This document shows, piece by piece, positions 1 through 12,300 of a stretch of 64,000 nt of DNA. The position numbers and the translations under genes are program-made. Origin of the DNA: Catajapyx aquilonaris (Eukaryota); the NCBI GenBank assembly GCA_000934665.2, contig JYFJ02001507.1, positions 1 to 64,000 of the forward strand, given 5' to 3'. Position 1 is the stretch's first letter; each line of letters starts with the position of its first letter. Below the pieces are notes generated by a model. It did no database searches. It was given only the letters and a program-made list of their open reading frames with translations, and was not told the origin of the DNA.

Positions 1-307
1 ATTCGAGGTCATCAACAGCCTATGTGTACTGTACAGGGAACATTCCCAATTTGTGTGGCGTATGCCATTACCATACAGAGGACAGAGCCAAGGCCTGGGT
101 CTCACTAATGCACTCATCGATATGGGTTCCCCTGTCTTATTCTCGTGCGGTCAAGCCTACGTGGCTCTTTCCAGAGTTAAAAGTATCAATGGAGTGCATC
201 TCATCAATGCCTCCTTTACTAACATCAAGGCTCAAGAGTCTGCTATTCTGGAGTACGATAGATTGAGATCTATTTATCGACCAGACTTATCATACTCAAA
301 AGAATGA
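1..307 (+). pseudogene. Degenerate C-terminal fragment of a PIF1-family helicase (probably Helitron Rep/Hel derived)
   Basis: FPICVAYAITI in one frame shifts to SQGLGLTNALIDMGSPVLFSCGQAYVALSRVKS. This matches the PIF1 C-terminal motifs (YAxTIHKSQG, GQAYVALSR) with a frameshift between them. Truncated by the window edge. Confidence 0.75.
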
Positions 308-574
308 GCTATGCGATCAGGTGTAGCAGATGTCCAATTCGCACAACCACAACAGAATAAAGGAAGCGTAATATGAGAAAGCAGAAGAAAATCATACATA
401 TTCAGTGGAAAAGATAGAGCAAAATGTGTAGGCAAGGTGTAAACTCTTAAGTTATTCATTGCCTTAGGCTATTTGGAATATTTAACGGACCTTTGCTTCC
501 ACGCCCAACCGTAGGGGGCTCCTCGAGCTATCTTATAATTATCCTACACTCCTGCCTACAAAAAGAGGTGAGAT

Positions 575-656
575 CCCACCAAAAACCTTTCTGTAAAAAA
601 AAGGCCAAGTTCTCCTGACTGCTTGGCCATTTTTTTACAGAAAGGTTTTTGGTGGG
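575..656. repeat. Near-perfect hairpin, about 35-bp arms
   Basis: cccaccaaaaacctttctgtaaaaaaaaggccaag ... cttggccatttttttacagaaaggtttttggtggg. Confidence 0.85.
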
Positions 657-1284
657 TATAATTTGAAAATCGTGCCTCAAATGACACAGTTGCCAGGTAC
701 GTCAAAATGTGCACAGTAAACATTAATAAAAAAATAACTTTGTATGGCTCAAAAATTAATTTTGAAATACGTTAAATATTTTAAAACCCCATTCTGAGGG
801 GTAGCCAGATGGCGTCGGAGGCGTCGTTGATCTTTCTTTTCCTGTGCACGATAAATGGCGTCGCCCGATGACCGGTTGTCTCCACAGGTCTGCTTCTCAG
901 GATGTCAATAAGTCACCCTCTGAAATAATTAGCTGTTCATACTAATCAAAAAAATGAGGTTCAGCCACACGTACTTAGTCATGTGCGTACAAAATAATGT
1001 TGAGGCTTGCAGCTTCTTGGTGACGTCTGACCTTGAACTTGAGATTAATTTAAAAAATGCAACACTTGCACGTAAGGAGCTGACCTTTGACACCACCGCA
1101 GATAGTTGGCCGCACTTGTGTCGGACCCAGTTTTGCATTGTACGCCACGTTACGACAGGTGCATTCTAGGGTGACACGCATGTGTACCACATGTTATATG
1201 GCCTTAGCCTATAGTTTATTCCAATGTTTCATTACGCAGCTCATGCTTGACTTTCATTGCAGAAGTTTTCACTTAGCTGGTACG

Positions 1285-2337
1285 ATGCTCCTGTACGTGA
1301 TCCTCACGCTGAGCACTGTGATGGCGACGTCTCGAGAAGAGTTGGGACACACTCTTCTGAACAAGTTCTCATCAACTGGTCAGCTCACGTCGGACGAGAC
1401 GGATGCGATGCTGATGCGTGTACGAAGCTGTACGAACGAGCATACCACGAACGGGGCCACCATGCACAATTGCAGCGCAGACGACATCTTCTGCAAGGGT
1501 CTTAACGAGGTACGACTTAACTTTAATTTGGTCGTACTCTCGTGTACTATCCACTCTTCATTGCAGTGCATAAACGGGAGTACTCTGGAGTCGTACTTGG
1601 GCCGCACCATGGACCTCGCTGGACTCCTAGACGTCTGCCCACTTCTGCTGTACCAGTCCGAGAGCGGCGTATGCTGCCGGAACTTTCACGTCGATCACAA
1701 GCAGAAGCCCAATCAGTCTGAAGGTGACACACTCCGTTAATTAAAGCTCGTTATAAAAATGCAGAAAGATGCAACCAAACAACCGAAGAATAATTCGTTG
1801 CCTTGGACACAGTTGCCATGGTAATCCCATGGTGATGGACAAACGGACAAACTTTGTCTTTTATATAATTGTGTAAAGATTTTTAGTCACTACGTTCTGC
1901 TCATCGAGTGGAAATTGTAGCATATAAGAAAAAATTCCGCAAAAATTACTTCTGGTGCAGCGCTGGGTTAATTTTGAAGCAAGCAAGCAAACAACTTTTT
2001 CATTTATATATATGTAAATATTTTTAGTCATTATGAGGGCGACACGGTGGCCGAGTGGTTAGCCCCGCAGCCTTCCACCTCTGAGGTCCCGAGTTCGATC
2101 CCCGGGTCGGACGGAGGATACTTATGTGGATAGAGTTTCGATGGGTTCTCTCCGTGTTCGCGTGGGTTTTCTCGGGGTTCTCCCGTTTCCTCCCACTATC
2201 AAAATCCATCACATTGCAGGCAAAAGATTGAAGGCGGGTATTCAAAAGATGATCCCCGAAGAGGCCCAAGGGGCCTATCACGGGGTATCCATTATCCATT
2301 ATTTTTAGTCATTATGTTGTTCTGCTCATGAAGTGCA

Positions 2338-2407
<70 letters not shown>

Positions 2408-4273
2408 TCATACCCCATTATCAGCCGGTGGCTCTTTAGGAGGGATATTTTTTGTTTTGACTGGAACTCTTCGTTTCGTTTTTACTGCACTCTTTGGGAT
2501 AGGATAGGAAAGGAAGGAGGCGGCTGTGGCCTATTAGTTTAGGAAACATCTCTGGAAATCTCCTGGAGGAACCGTGGGAAACCACAGAAAACCACGGTTA
2601 GAGTTGCCAGCACCGGGATTCGAACCCAGGACCTCCCGATTAGCAGTCGGATACCATATCCCCTCCGCCACCACTGCTTCGGTTATGAAGTGCAATATAT
2701 CATATGTAATAAAAAATTCCATACAAAAATATTCAGGCACCTCTGGGTTAATTTTCAAACAAGCAAACGAACATACAAACTTTCCTTATGTAAGATTTGT
2801 CATTTTATTGCGGCAAAGGATGCGGTAGTAAACGCTGTATTGTTGCGTCTGTTTGCGGTGCAATTGCCATAAATGTCTATGACAGCTGGTTCCATTGCTT
2901 TTATGGCGACAGATGGTCGGATCTTTGTTGGCGTTCGCTCCTATTGAATAGTGCAATCAGATTGTAGGCAGGTGCGGACACCTGATAAAGAAGCCGACAG
3001 CTTGGCTGTACAGAACAATGGGCAACTAACTCATATTTTGTTGTTACAGTATGGGGTTACGGCATCTTATTCGTGACGCTGATCAGCCTGTGCTCCCTGG
3101 TTGGTGTGAGTGTCCTCCCGTTAATGGGCAAGGACTTCTACCACCAGCTATTGACCGCGCTGGTTGGACTGGCCGTCGGATCGCTCGGAGGCAGTGCCGC
3201 CTTCCACTTAATCCCGCAGGCATTCGGACTCCCAGAAAAGGACACGTCCCATGCCTACTTGGACCAGGCTGCGTTTATGTGGGCCGGAGTTTGGGTCTTC
3301 TTCATTGTGGAACGTGCACTCAAGATCACAATGGACGTGAAGCAGAGAGCGCAAGAGGCTACCTCGTCGCCAAAGACACCGCACCACAAACTGTCCAACG
3401 GGACATTGCCACACACTGAGTCATGCCAGCAGTGTCTCCCACCTGATTCGGAAGTCATTTTTGAGAGCCAGGAACAAGTACGGCTACTCGTGAAAGATGT
3501 AATTGAACTACTGTACTAATTATGACTAAATGTTTCGCAGGTGATCAAGGCATCGTTTGGCCACCAGCAAAAGCCCCGCTGGAGTCACGGAGGTCATGAG
3601 CATGTCGCTAGATGCAGCGTCAGCAGCTCTTCGCCAACTACGCCACCAAAGGACAGTCCGATTGCGGTCGTAGCTTGGATGATCATATTTGGCGACGGTC
3701 TTCACAACTTCATCGACGGACTTTCAATCGGAGCTGCATTTAACCAATCCATTCTAACTGGCGTAAGAGCTTCAAAATTGTTTCGTATTGTGGAAGAAAA
3801 TTTCATGAAGCTCACATTGTTGTGTTGCAGGTGTCGATAAGCGTTGCGGTCATGTGTGAGGAGCTTCCGCATGAGCTTGGCGACTTTGCGGTGCTGCTCA
3901 ACTCGGGGATGCGTATGAGACAAGCGCTTGCGTACAACTTTTTGTCGGCATGCACTTGCTACCTTGGACTCATGCTGGGCATTGTTCTCGGAGAAATAAA
4001 CGCCACGAGCCAATACATATTCGCATTTGCTGGCGGGATGTTCCTGTACATCTCACTCGTGGACATGGTAAGCACATTTGAAGCGTAACCTGCACCAATG
4101 ATTAACTATTATTGTCTCGACAGGTGCCTGAGATGAATGAAGTTGTGGAAGAAGCGAGTAAACTAAGCTGCAAAAAAGCACTCAAAGTTCTTTTCCTTCA
4201 GAACATTGGTCTCTTCATTGGAGTCAGCGTTCTGTACCTGTTGGCTCGGTATCAAGACGAGATCCAGTTCTGA
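1285..4273 (+). CDS. LIV-1 family ZIP metal transporter, SLC39A8/SLC39A14-like (paralog A)
   Basis: Exons 1285-1509, 1567-1723, 3050-3477, 3541-3762, 3831-4067, 4124-4273, all GT-AG and frame-consistent. Shows signal peptide [21 protein letters not shown] (CPALLY motif), [36 protein letters not shown] and FLYISLVDM. Confidence 0.92.
2036..2300 (+). mobile_element. tRNA-derived SINE, family 1, copy 1
   Basis: A-box tggccgagtgg and B-box gagttcgatccc, a GTGGGTTTTCTC...TTTCCTCCC core and a (ccatta) tail. 16-bp TSD atttttagtcattatg at 2020-2035 and 2301-2316. Confidence 0.88.
2341..2684 (-). mobile_element. tRNA-derived SINE, family 2, with (ATT)n tail
   Basis: Reverse-strand tRNA-like head with GGTTCGAATCCC B-box. 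The (AAT)n run at about 2337-2406 is the tail. 13-bp TSD atgaagtgcaata at 2328-2340 and 2685-2697. Confidence 0.85.
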
Positions 4274-5181
4274 GAACTTTTGTGTCCGGAATGCCGAATG
4301 TATGTAAAAGAGAGCAGGATCAGCAAGTATTTTTTTTGCTGCCGGGGAGCTGAGGTTTATTTTTTTGAATATCCCCATATTTAACGAGTGTTATTTATTC
4401 GAGTGCAAGTTATGAACTTGTCATGTACCTGATCGTTGCCACATTGGAACTGGTAATGGAAAAATAATCCCTCTGCCTTAATACGTGCTGCAAAAGAATT
4501 ATGAGAATGTATGTGTGAGGAATTGAATTTATAAATCTGCACCGAGTAGTTCTGGAATCATTGCGTATCAAACTCTCTTCTATTACGTGTGAGTTAGTTG
4601 GTCATGATGCATTTAACTGTTTTATTAGTGCAGACTGATTTTCAGTGCCAAACAAATAGCATGGTTTTTAATTTATTCTCTGATATTTTGTTCAATTTAA
4701 TTTCGTTTCTTAGTTTTAACGTTTTCTGCCTAATTGGCAGTATCCTTTTTAGTCCATTGTTTGTTGGATGGGCTAGATTTTTTCTACTCTGTGGTCAAAT
4801 ATATTGATCTATCCTAGATCTGCCTGATAGACGTAACTAGTCAGGAAAAATGTGCTCACCATGACAGTAACTGTAGAGCAGCAGTTCTCAGCTCGGATTT
4901 TGGTAAAAGCGAGTCGTTCTTCTGTCAGAAGTTGATGGCAGCAAGTACAGCAAATGGATTAACTGCTCAACAATAGTTGATTCAGAAAAGATTCCTGAGA
5001 GTCATTGACAAGACCTTGAGAACTGCTGCCTCAGAGTAACAACTTGATGTCACATTGTATAAAAAGCACTGCTCAAATGCGTCTCCTTAGTTCGGACAAT
5101 CTCTACAACAGATCTGACTGTACTTGTGAACTATGTGCAATAAAGAGGCTTTAAATCATTACACCTGCTGTAATAGTGAAT

Positions 5182-5453
5182 AATAATTATAATATAATAA
5201 TGGATAAGTGATAGGCCTCCTTGGGCCTCTGAGGAAATCATCTTTTGAATAACCATCTTTAATCATTGTCAGCGCTGTGATGGATTTTGATTGCAGGAGG
5301 AAACGGGAGAGCCCCGAGAAAACCCACGCAAACACAGAGAGAACCCATCGAAACTTGATCCACATAAGTATCCTCTGTCCGACCCGGCGATCGAACTCAG
5401 GACCTTAGAGGTGGAAGGCTGTGGCGCTAACCACTGTGCCACCTTGTCGCCCT
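5182..5453 (-). mobile_element. tRNA-derived SINE, family 1, copy 2
   Basis: Reverse complement aligns along its length with 2036-2300. TSD ctgtaata(g/a)tgaat at 5168-5181 and 5454-5467 (1 mismatch). Confidence 0.85.
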
Positions 5454-5909
5454 CTGTAATAATGAATGTTTCAACGCATTATTTTACACCTGAAATGTGA
5501 CATTATTTAACTCTAAATTGTTCTGGAAGAGACCAGGAAAAACCATTATCATGCGTATAATGACAAAGCGGGAAGTATACGACTTGCATTCCTGGTCGCA
5601 ACTTGTTTTTCCATATAATTATGTCACCTGCCTTGATTTCAAACGCAGGTGACGCATCACGTTATTATATGTGTCTCATCTCGCCCTTGAAAAATCTGCA
5701 CCTGACACTATCAGAGAGAGTCCTTGCAAAAATCAAGATAAACTGTCTCGGATGCATTTCGCATTCACCTACATGTTTGTTTATGCACTGTCTTTTAGCC
5801 ATTACTGACCAGTAGATGTCCATGTGCATATAATATTATGCAATACTGCCAGTCAAATTGGCGATGATTGGTAGTGTGACCTTTGACTCGTGGGAAAGTT
5901 AAGAAAGGT

Positions 5910-6520
5910 ATAAAAATAAAATTCAATTAATGAATAAAATAACAAATAAATAAAATGACATGAATATTAAAAATAAATAAAAGCAAATTACTGAATGAAA
6001 ACTAATATAGAGCTAAAATGAAATAAACTAACTATAATAAAATAAATTACCGAATGAAACTAATATAGAGCTAAAATAATAACAATGAAATAAAATAACT
6101 CAAAATAAAATAACTAAAATAACTATATTACTCTATAAAACAATATAATGCAGCTAAATTAACATTAATTAAATAACTAAATTAAATTAAAATGAAATGA
6201 AATAACAATGAAATAAAATAACTAAATTAAATTAAAATCAAATGAAATAACAATGAAATAAAATAACTAAAATAACAATATATTCCTCTATAAAACAATA
6301 TAATACAGCTAAATTGAAATGAATTAAATAATATAAATAACTAAATTAAAATGAATTAAATAATATAAATAACTAAATTAAAATGAATTAAATAATATAA
6401 ATAACTAAATTAAAACTAAATAAAACAACTAAAAGAGAAATTACGCTATAGCTAAATTGAAATGAAATGAATTGAAATGAAATAAATATAATAACTAAAA
6501 AATTTAAAAAATAGTAATAG
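5910..6520. repeat. AT-rich low-complexity degenerate tandem repeat
   Basis: Recurrent aaataactaaattaaaatgaa-type units. Confidence 0.8.
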
Positions 6521-7185
6521 GGAGATCGAGGTCTGTTAGGGTACAGTTGTAACATTGCCAATAATAAATACGTTTGGATGGCCCTGAAGCTGAAACTCAC
6601 ACAGCACGTGTGTCACTATGGCCTCCAAGCCAGGCAAAACTTTGCTGGCTACTCCCTTTTTGGTTTTTTTGTTCTTCTATATATGCAAAATATCAAAATC
6701 AAGGTGTGTTCCCAACTTATTTGAGTGGCAGTAATCAAGAGATTATGAGGAGGGTAGAGGTGTTATTGAATTGCCCTTGGTATCATGAGAAAGGTTCTTT
6801 TAGTGGGGTCACACTGACAGTATGAATGACCAAATCATGTGCACCGCAGTTAAAAAGTAGTAAGCATATCTACAAAGACAACACAACACAATGGGGAAAG
6901 TAGTTGTAACAACTTCCTTGGGGTCGGTTTGTAACATTGTAAAATCCATATAGGAGAAAGGTCAAGTCTGTGTACAGATGATCTCACGGGGATACTGAGA
7001 GTAGAAATAGATATTATTTTGTGCAATAAAGCCTCATTATCAGTTTGTCAAAAATTTATATTAATAAAAAATTTAATGTCTGATACTACGTGCCCAAAAT
7101 GGGGACCAGAATATTAATCCTTATCTGCTGAATAAATTCCAGTGTATCGAGAGATAAAGAGTAATCTATAGGTGGACCAAATGAG

Positions 7186-7425
7186 GGGTGTGGTGGAAAA
7201 AAGGTTATCATTTTTGACCTAAACGCACCTAGCAACAACTATGTACAGTACAAGACATGTCAAATAGTTTGGTATACTCCAAGTTCACGTACTATCATGC
7301 GCGAGATGAACTATACTGTATATGAAAACGAGCATTCCCTATGATTTGTGAAGAGAGTGCAAACTTCAATTAGCTCTCCTGAAAAATTACACTTTTGTGG
7401 GTTATCGCCTTTTTCCACCACGCCC
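7186..7425. mobile_element. Putative MITE, about 240 bp
   Basis: Terminal inverted repeats gggtgtggtggaaaaaagg and cctttttccaccacgccc. No coding capacity. Confidence 0.5.
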
Positions 7426-8119
7426 ATCAGTTAAATCTTCAATTTGCCAAATTTTCCATCTTGAATCGTTTCTAAGTAAAAAGTTACTTGTATGTAGTAC
7501 TTGGGAGAGTGCGTGATTCCCATTTATTGCAACTTTATTACGGTGAGGAAACTGGTTCGGCGAAGGTCGAATTTTTCCTTGTGCACCTCTTTCTGCACGC
7601 GAACTGTTTTTCTTGGGCTTAAAAAGATTTTTTTTTTTAGCAAATGAAATATTCGAGACTATACTAGAATCGGTTCAAGGTCAACGAAACGGTATTAATT
7701 TCGGCGGGGGAAAATATATGCTGTGTCCTCATCTTTTGTCACTATCAAGGTCAGCTTGGTCCATGGCCAAATTTTCAGAAACTACGTGACGTACCAGGAC
7801 AATTCGCGAGCACTCGCTTTTATTGCAGCATCATCACAAACACGCACTGTATAGGTGTGGGCTGCCTCCGAAATTCAATTCGCGGAAAGGTCACTTCTTT
7901 TCTCAATTTCCCCGAATGAAAAGGGGATTCCCTCCCCGTCCCCGCCTTATTAATATGTAGCAATTATTATTCATAACAATGTCTGCAAAAAATTGTGAAG
8001 TTTCCAGTTCCAGTTCAGGTATTTAAATTAAATGGTTTTCCCCATGCCAGCTGCACTACTTTGAAGTTGTTCACAAGCCCACAGATTTAACGAATAATAT
8101 TCCATTTCTAAATGTTGCC

Positions 8120-8830
8120 ATTTTAATTATTATTTTATTCGTCTGAATTAAATAATTGAGTTATCTCACCTTAATAATTAATTCGATCATTTTATTTTCA
8201 TTTTTATTTAATATTTTTTAAATTCAATTTCATATTAGCGTAATAATTAATTACAATTATTTCATTAATTAATTTTGCATGTTACATATGATTGTTTTTA
8301 ATTTCAGTTAAATTTATTTATTTCATTATTTTTTATTTCGATTATTTTGTTTAACTTCATCGATTAATGTTTAATTTAATTGCATCTTAACGTAATAATT
8401 ATATACAATATTTCATTAATTAATTTTGCATGTTACGTACGATTATTTTTAATTTTAGTTTAATTTATTTGTTTCATTATTTTTATATTTTTATATTTTT
8501 ATTCGATTGTTTTGTTTAACTTCATCGGTTAATGTTTAATTTCATTTCATTAATCGATGTAATTTCATTTCTAATTTAAATTTAAATTATTTTATTAATA
8601 ATTTAAATTTAAATTAGCTTATTTTATTTATAATTTCCTCATTTCGTTACCGTATTTTATTTATAATTTCCTCATTTCGTTACCGTATTTTATTTATAAT
8701 TTCCTCATTTCGTTACCGTATTTTATTTTTAGTTTCACTAATTCAAATTAATTTAATTTTTTAATTTTATTAATTTTAAGTTTAATTTGCAGTAATTTAA
8801 TTATCAGTTTCATTTTTAATTTAATTATTT
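8120..8830. repeat. AT-rich low-complexity block including an approximately 33-bp tandem triplet
   Basis: attttatttataatttcctcatttcgttaccgt x3 at about 8620-8720. Confidence 0.8.
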
Positions 8831-8862
8831 ATATTGCTCCTGACAGTTCCAGGAGCAACTTC

Positions 8863-8951
8863 GCAGACTTGAAGCTCAAAATAGCCTCCTAAGAGGCGAC
8901 TTGACAGGAAGAAGTGCCCGTGTTGGAGGCTATTTTGAGCTTCAGGTCTGC
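8863..8951. repeat. Hairpin made of a dispersed 27-bp repeat
   Basis: gcagacttgaagctcaaaatagcctcc ... ggaggctattttgagcttcaggtctgc. The same motif recurs at about 41860, 41945 (reverse) and 42018. Confidence 0.75.
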
Positions 8952-9357
8952 TACCTTTTACTCCTCTTCCGCGACCCTCCACCTGATGAGAGTGTCTGTA
9001 TCGCCATCTATGTGAAGGGTATATGGTACTACTGCGTGTTTGCCATCAGTAATGAATATTTTGCAGTTGATGCAACAATATAATATATCAAATAGGATGT
9101 AAGTCACAAGCTCAATGATCCTATAGACCTCTGTACCTCATATCAGCTTCCCCACCGTGCAGATAAAAGTGACTTTAACTGATTGGACCAGTAGTGGCGG
9201 GCACCCCCGCCTCTCTCACCAACCCCACCCACGGCCAATATAGTGTCCAGCCATATAGAGAGACAGGGATTGGCCACTGGCTCCTTATTAGTTAATTTCC
9301 CACGGTTGTATGTGAAGCAGAGCCAGGAAATGATAGAGTCGTCGTCAGTCGGGCAAC

Positions 9358-12300
9358 ATGTGGACGAGGACACTGCTTCTAGTGCGGCTCCTGCTCTTTT
9401 CATTGCTCCCTTGCCTGCTGCTGGCCCACCCTTCCATTGACCAGCTGCTGGACCTCTGGGAGCAATCCTCAGGGGTCAACAGCAGCAGCACGGTCAACCT
9501 CACCTGCTCTGTTGACCTACAGAGAGGTCGCCTCCTACAACAGGGCTGCAACGACACCTTCTGCCAGACATTACGAAAGGTATGTCACATAATGATCTAT
9601 GGTCAAACTTATTCTGGTATGTACTCATTAACAGTACCTCAGGGTCACTTTTTTGTAGAGTGGTTATTATAGTCCTCCGAAGACTAATTACTGATGAGAT
9701 AATGAGCTTCAGACACATCCAGACATGCAGGCGTCTCTCCTTGAAACCCGCGGGAGTTAGGCGATAGAAGTGTCATAGGCTGTATCTGTCACATACATCA
9801 CAACTTAATAACTTATTAATATAATATAAATAATGTAAATATATAAAATAAGCAATATGGGGTGGGCATACACTATTTAACCCACATATGCCCAAAAGGC
9901 CTATATCCTGCCAGGTAGGCTACTCGTAGGGAACATCCTGCGGATTAGACTACCTGTACATTTGTTCATTTAAAACATGGAAAAAAATGAAACAAAAAAA
10001 TTAGCTCATTAATTATTTCGGATTCTGAAGCCGAACATAAAGCGACCGGATTTTGTTTGAATATTTATTGAAACTGTGATTGGCAATGTGCGCAGTTTTT
10101 TTTTTTTTTGCAATCAATATTGTTTTGATTGCAATTTTTTTTAAGTATGAGATATGTACATATGGCTCGTTTTATCACCTAACTATATAGGTACGGAGCT
10201 GTCATGTTTTATTTGTCGCACTACGTGTGAAGCAGCTATGAGACCTTCACTTTACACTCCAACTAAAAATACTATTGCGAAACCCGTTTTACCGCAAACC
10301 TTGCCTTATTATTATTTGCGCGATTCAATCGATTGGAGATATCTCGAACTTGATCGATCAAGTACGAAAAATTTTCTTTTCCGGGTTTGAGGCACACCAG
10401 TTACACCTGTCAAGTAAGCTCCCAAAAAGTGGACAAAAAGAAACGAACAATTCCAATAGAAAAAGGGGCGATATGCATGACATGTAACGAGGCAATTACG
10501 CAATTGTTTTCAAGCTCATTTTCACGTGTAATCTCTAAACGGCTGTCACAAACTGCTGCGTGCAACAAGTGAAGATGCTTACACACACACAAGCTTCCGT
10601 ATTATCGGGTTATCGGCCCAACTTATCTCCTCATGTATCCTGAAAATGTAAGGATCCAAAGTACAGATCATACGTATTGAGAAATACACATGTGCAATAA
10701 AATTTTCGTTTAAAAAAGAAAGGAGTTTGCAATTTCCCCGCACTTGCAGTTAGAGGAAGTTGCTGGAGGCAACAATCTGTAACTCTTCACCTTTTTAAAG
10801 TAATTAATTGCAACAGTTTTTTTTCAATTAATTTTATTGCCACAGCTAACAGTACTGTGAATTGGCAGTGATTCAGAGCTTAAGGTGTAATCTAGTGATT
10901 CATAGAGATTACAGGTGTGTACACGCAACTTTTGCAATTAATTTCACAGCATTAGCTATGGGATTCCACGTAATCACTCGTACGCACTTTTCCTCAATAA
11001 AATTAGTAGGGAATATCCTGCTAGTTAGACTACATTTGTAGGGAATAATCGCGAGTTATACTCGCGTAAGGAATATCCTGCAGGTTATACTACGAGTTAG
11101 ACTACGGTACTTTTGTATGGAACATTCTGCGAGTTAGACTACTTTTGTATATGGAACATTCTGCGAGTTAGACTACTTTTGTTTGGACCATTCTGCGAGT
11201 TAGGCTACTTTTGTATATGGAACATTCTGCGAGTTAGACTACGTTTGTATGGAACATTCTGCGAGTTAGACTACTTTTGTATGGAACATTCTGCGAGTTA
11301 GACTACTTTTGTATGGAACATTCTGCGAGTTAGACTACTTTTGTATGGAACATTCTGCGAGTTAGACTACTTTTGTATGGAACATTCTGCGAGTTAGGCT
11401 ACATGTAGGGAAGATCCTGCAGGTTAGACTACTCTTGTAAGAAATATCCTGTGAGTTAGACTGCTGTTGTAGGGAATATCCTGGGAATTAGACTACTCTT
11501 GTAGGAAATTTCCTGCCAGTTAGACTACTTTTGTAGGGAACATCTGACTAGTTAGACTACTCTTGTAGGTAATATCCTGTGGGTTAGACTACTTTTAAGT
11601 TCAAAATAGATGACAAATTTTTATTCCAAGTGGGACACTTCAAAGTGCAGCTTCCAAAGTGCTTGTTGATTTTAATGTAATGACCTCCCCCTAAAATATT
11701 TAGGTCATTGCTGATACCGACCCAGCACATGATGCGGATGACCCCACCATCTGCCCCCAGTTAGTGGGCACACTTGTCCACCACCTGTGTCTGGTGTCGG
11801 CGACAGAGCATGTCCCATCAGACTGGACAGAACCTGGACAGGTCGTCAAGCCAACTGAGATTGAAGGTACTCAGTAAATTAATTAGAATTTTAGTGCAAG
11901 TAATTAATGTGATGTTGATTTTTGCAGTATGGGGATTTGGACTGCTGTTCGTGACCCTGATCAGCTTGTCCTCGGTCATGGGCGTGGCCTTCTTTCCCAT
12001 CATGAAGAAGGAAGCGTACAAACAAGTCATGAGGTTCTCAATTGGCCTAGCCGTGGGCTCTCTTTCCGCAACAGCTGTCTTCCACCTCATACCTCAGGTA
12101 ATTAACAATCTAACCGCAATGGCACGTGCGGTATGCCGGAAGCTGGGAAAAAAAATAATTGAACTAACCGCATGACACTAAAAAGTAACCACAAATATTA
12201 CGCTCTACTGACCACACAAGGTTGTACATACTCCAACGCTTCACAACAAATGACCGGTAGTTACATTATTTAAATACCCAATCAACATAGTGGAACACTG

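Noticed and set aside
2036..2115. tRNA gene (also 2605-2682 and 5380-5453)
   Set aside because: Each tRNA-like head continues into a SINE body and tail and is flanked by TSDs.
2333..2542. Poly-Asn ORF
   Set aside because: It is the (AAT)n SINE tail.
7355..7600. MRE cores (TGCRCNC) upstream of ZIP paralog B
   Set aside because: Two isolated 7-mers about 2 kb from the ATG are within chance expectation.
8983..9745. CTGATGA motifs as hammerhead ribozyme cores
   Set aside because: No properly spaced GAAA with supporting stems.
11005..11596. CRISPR-like regular 32-bp repeat
   Set aside because: The units are contiguous with no unique spacers, in a eukaryotic intron with no cas genes. It is a minisatellite.
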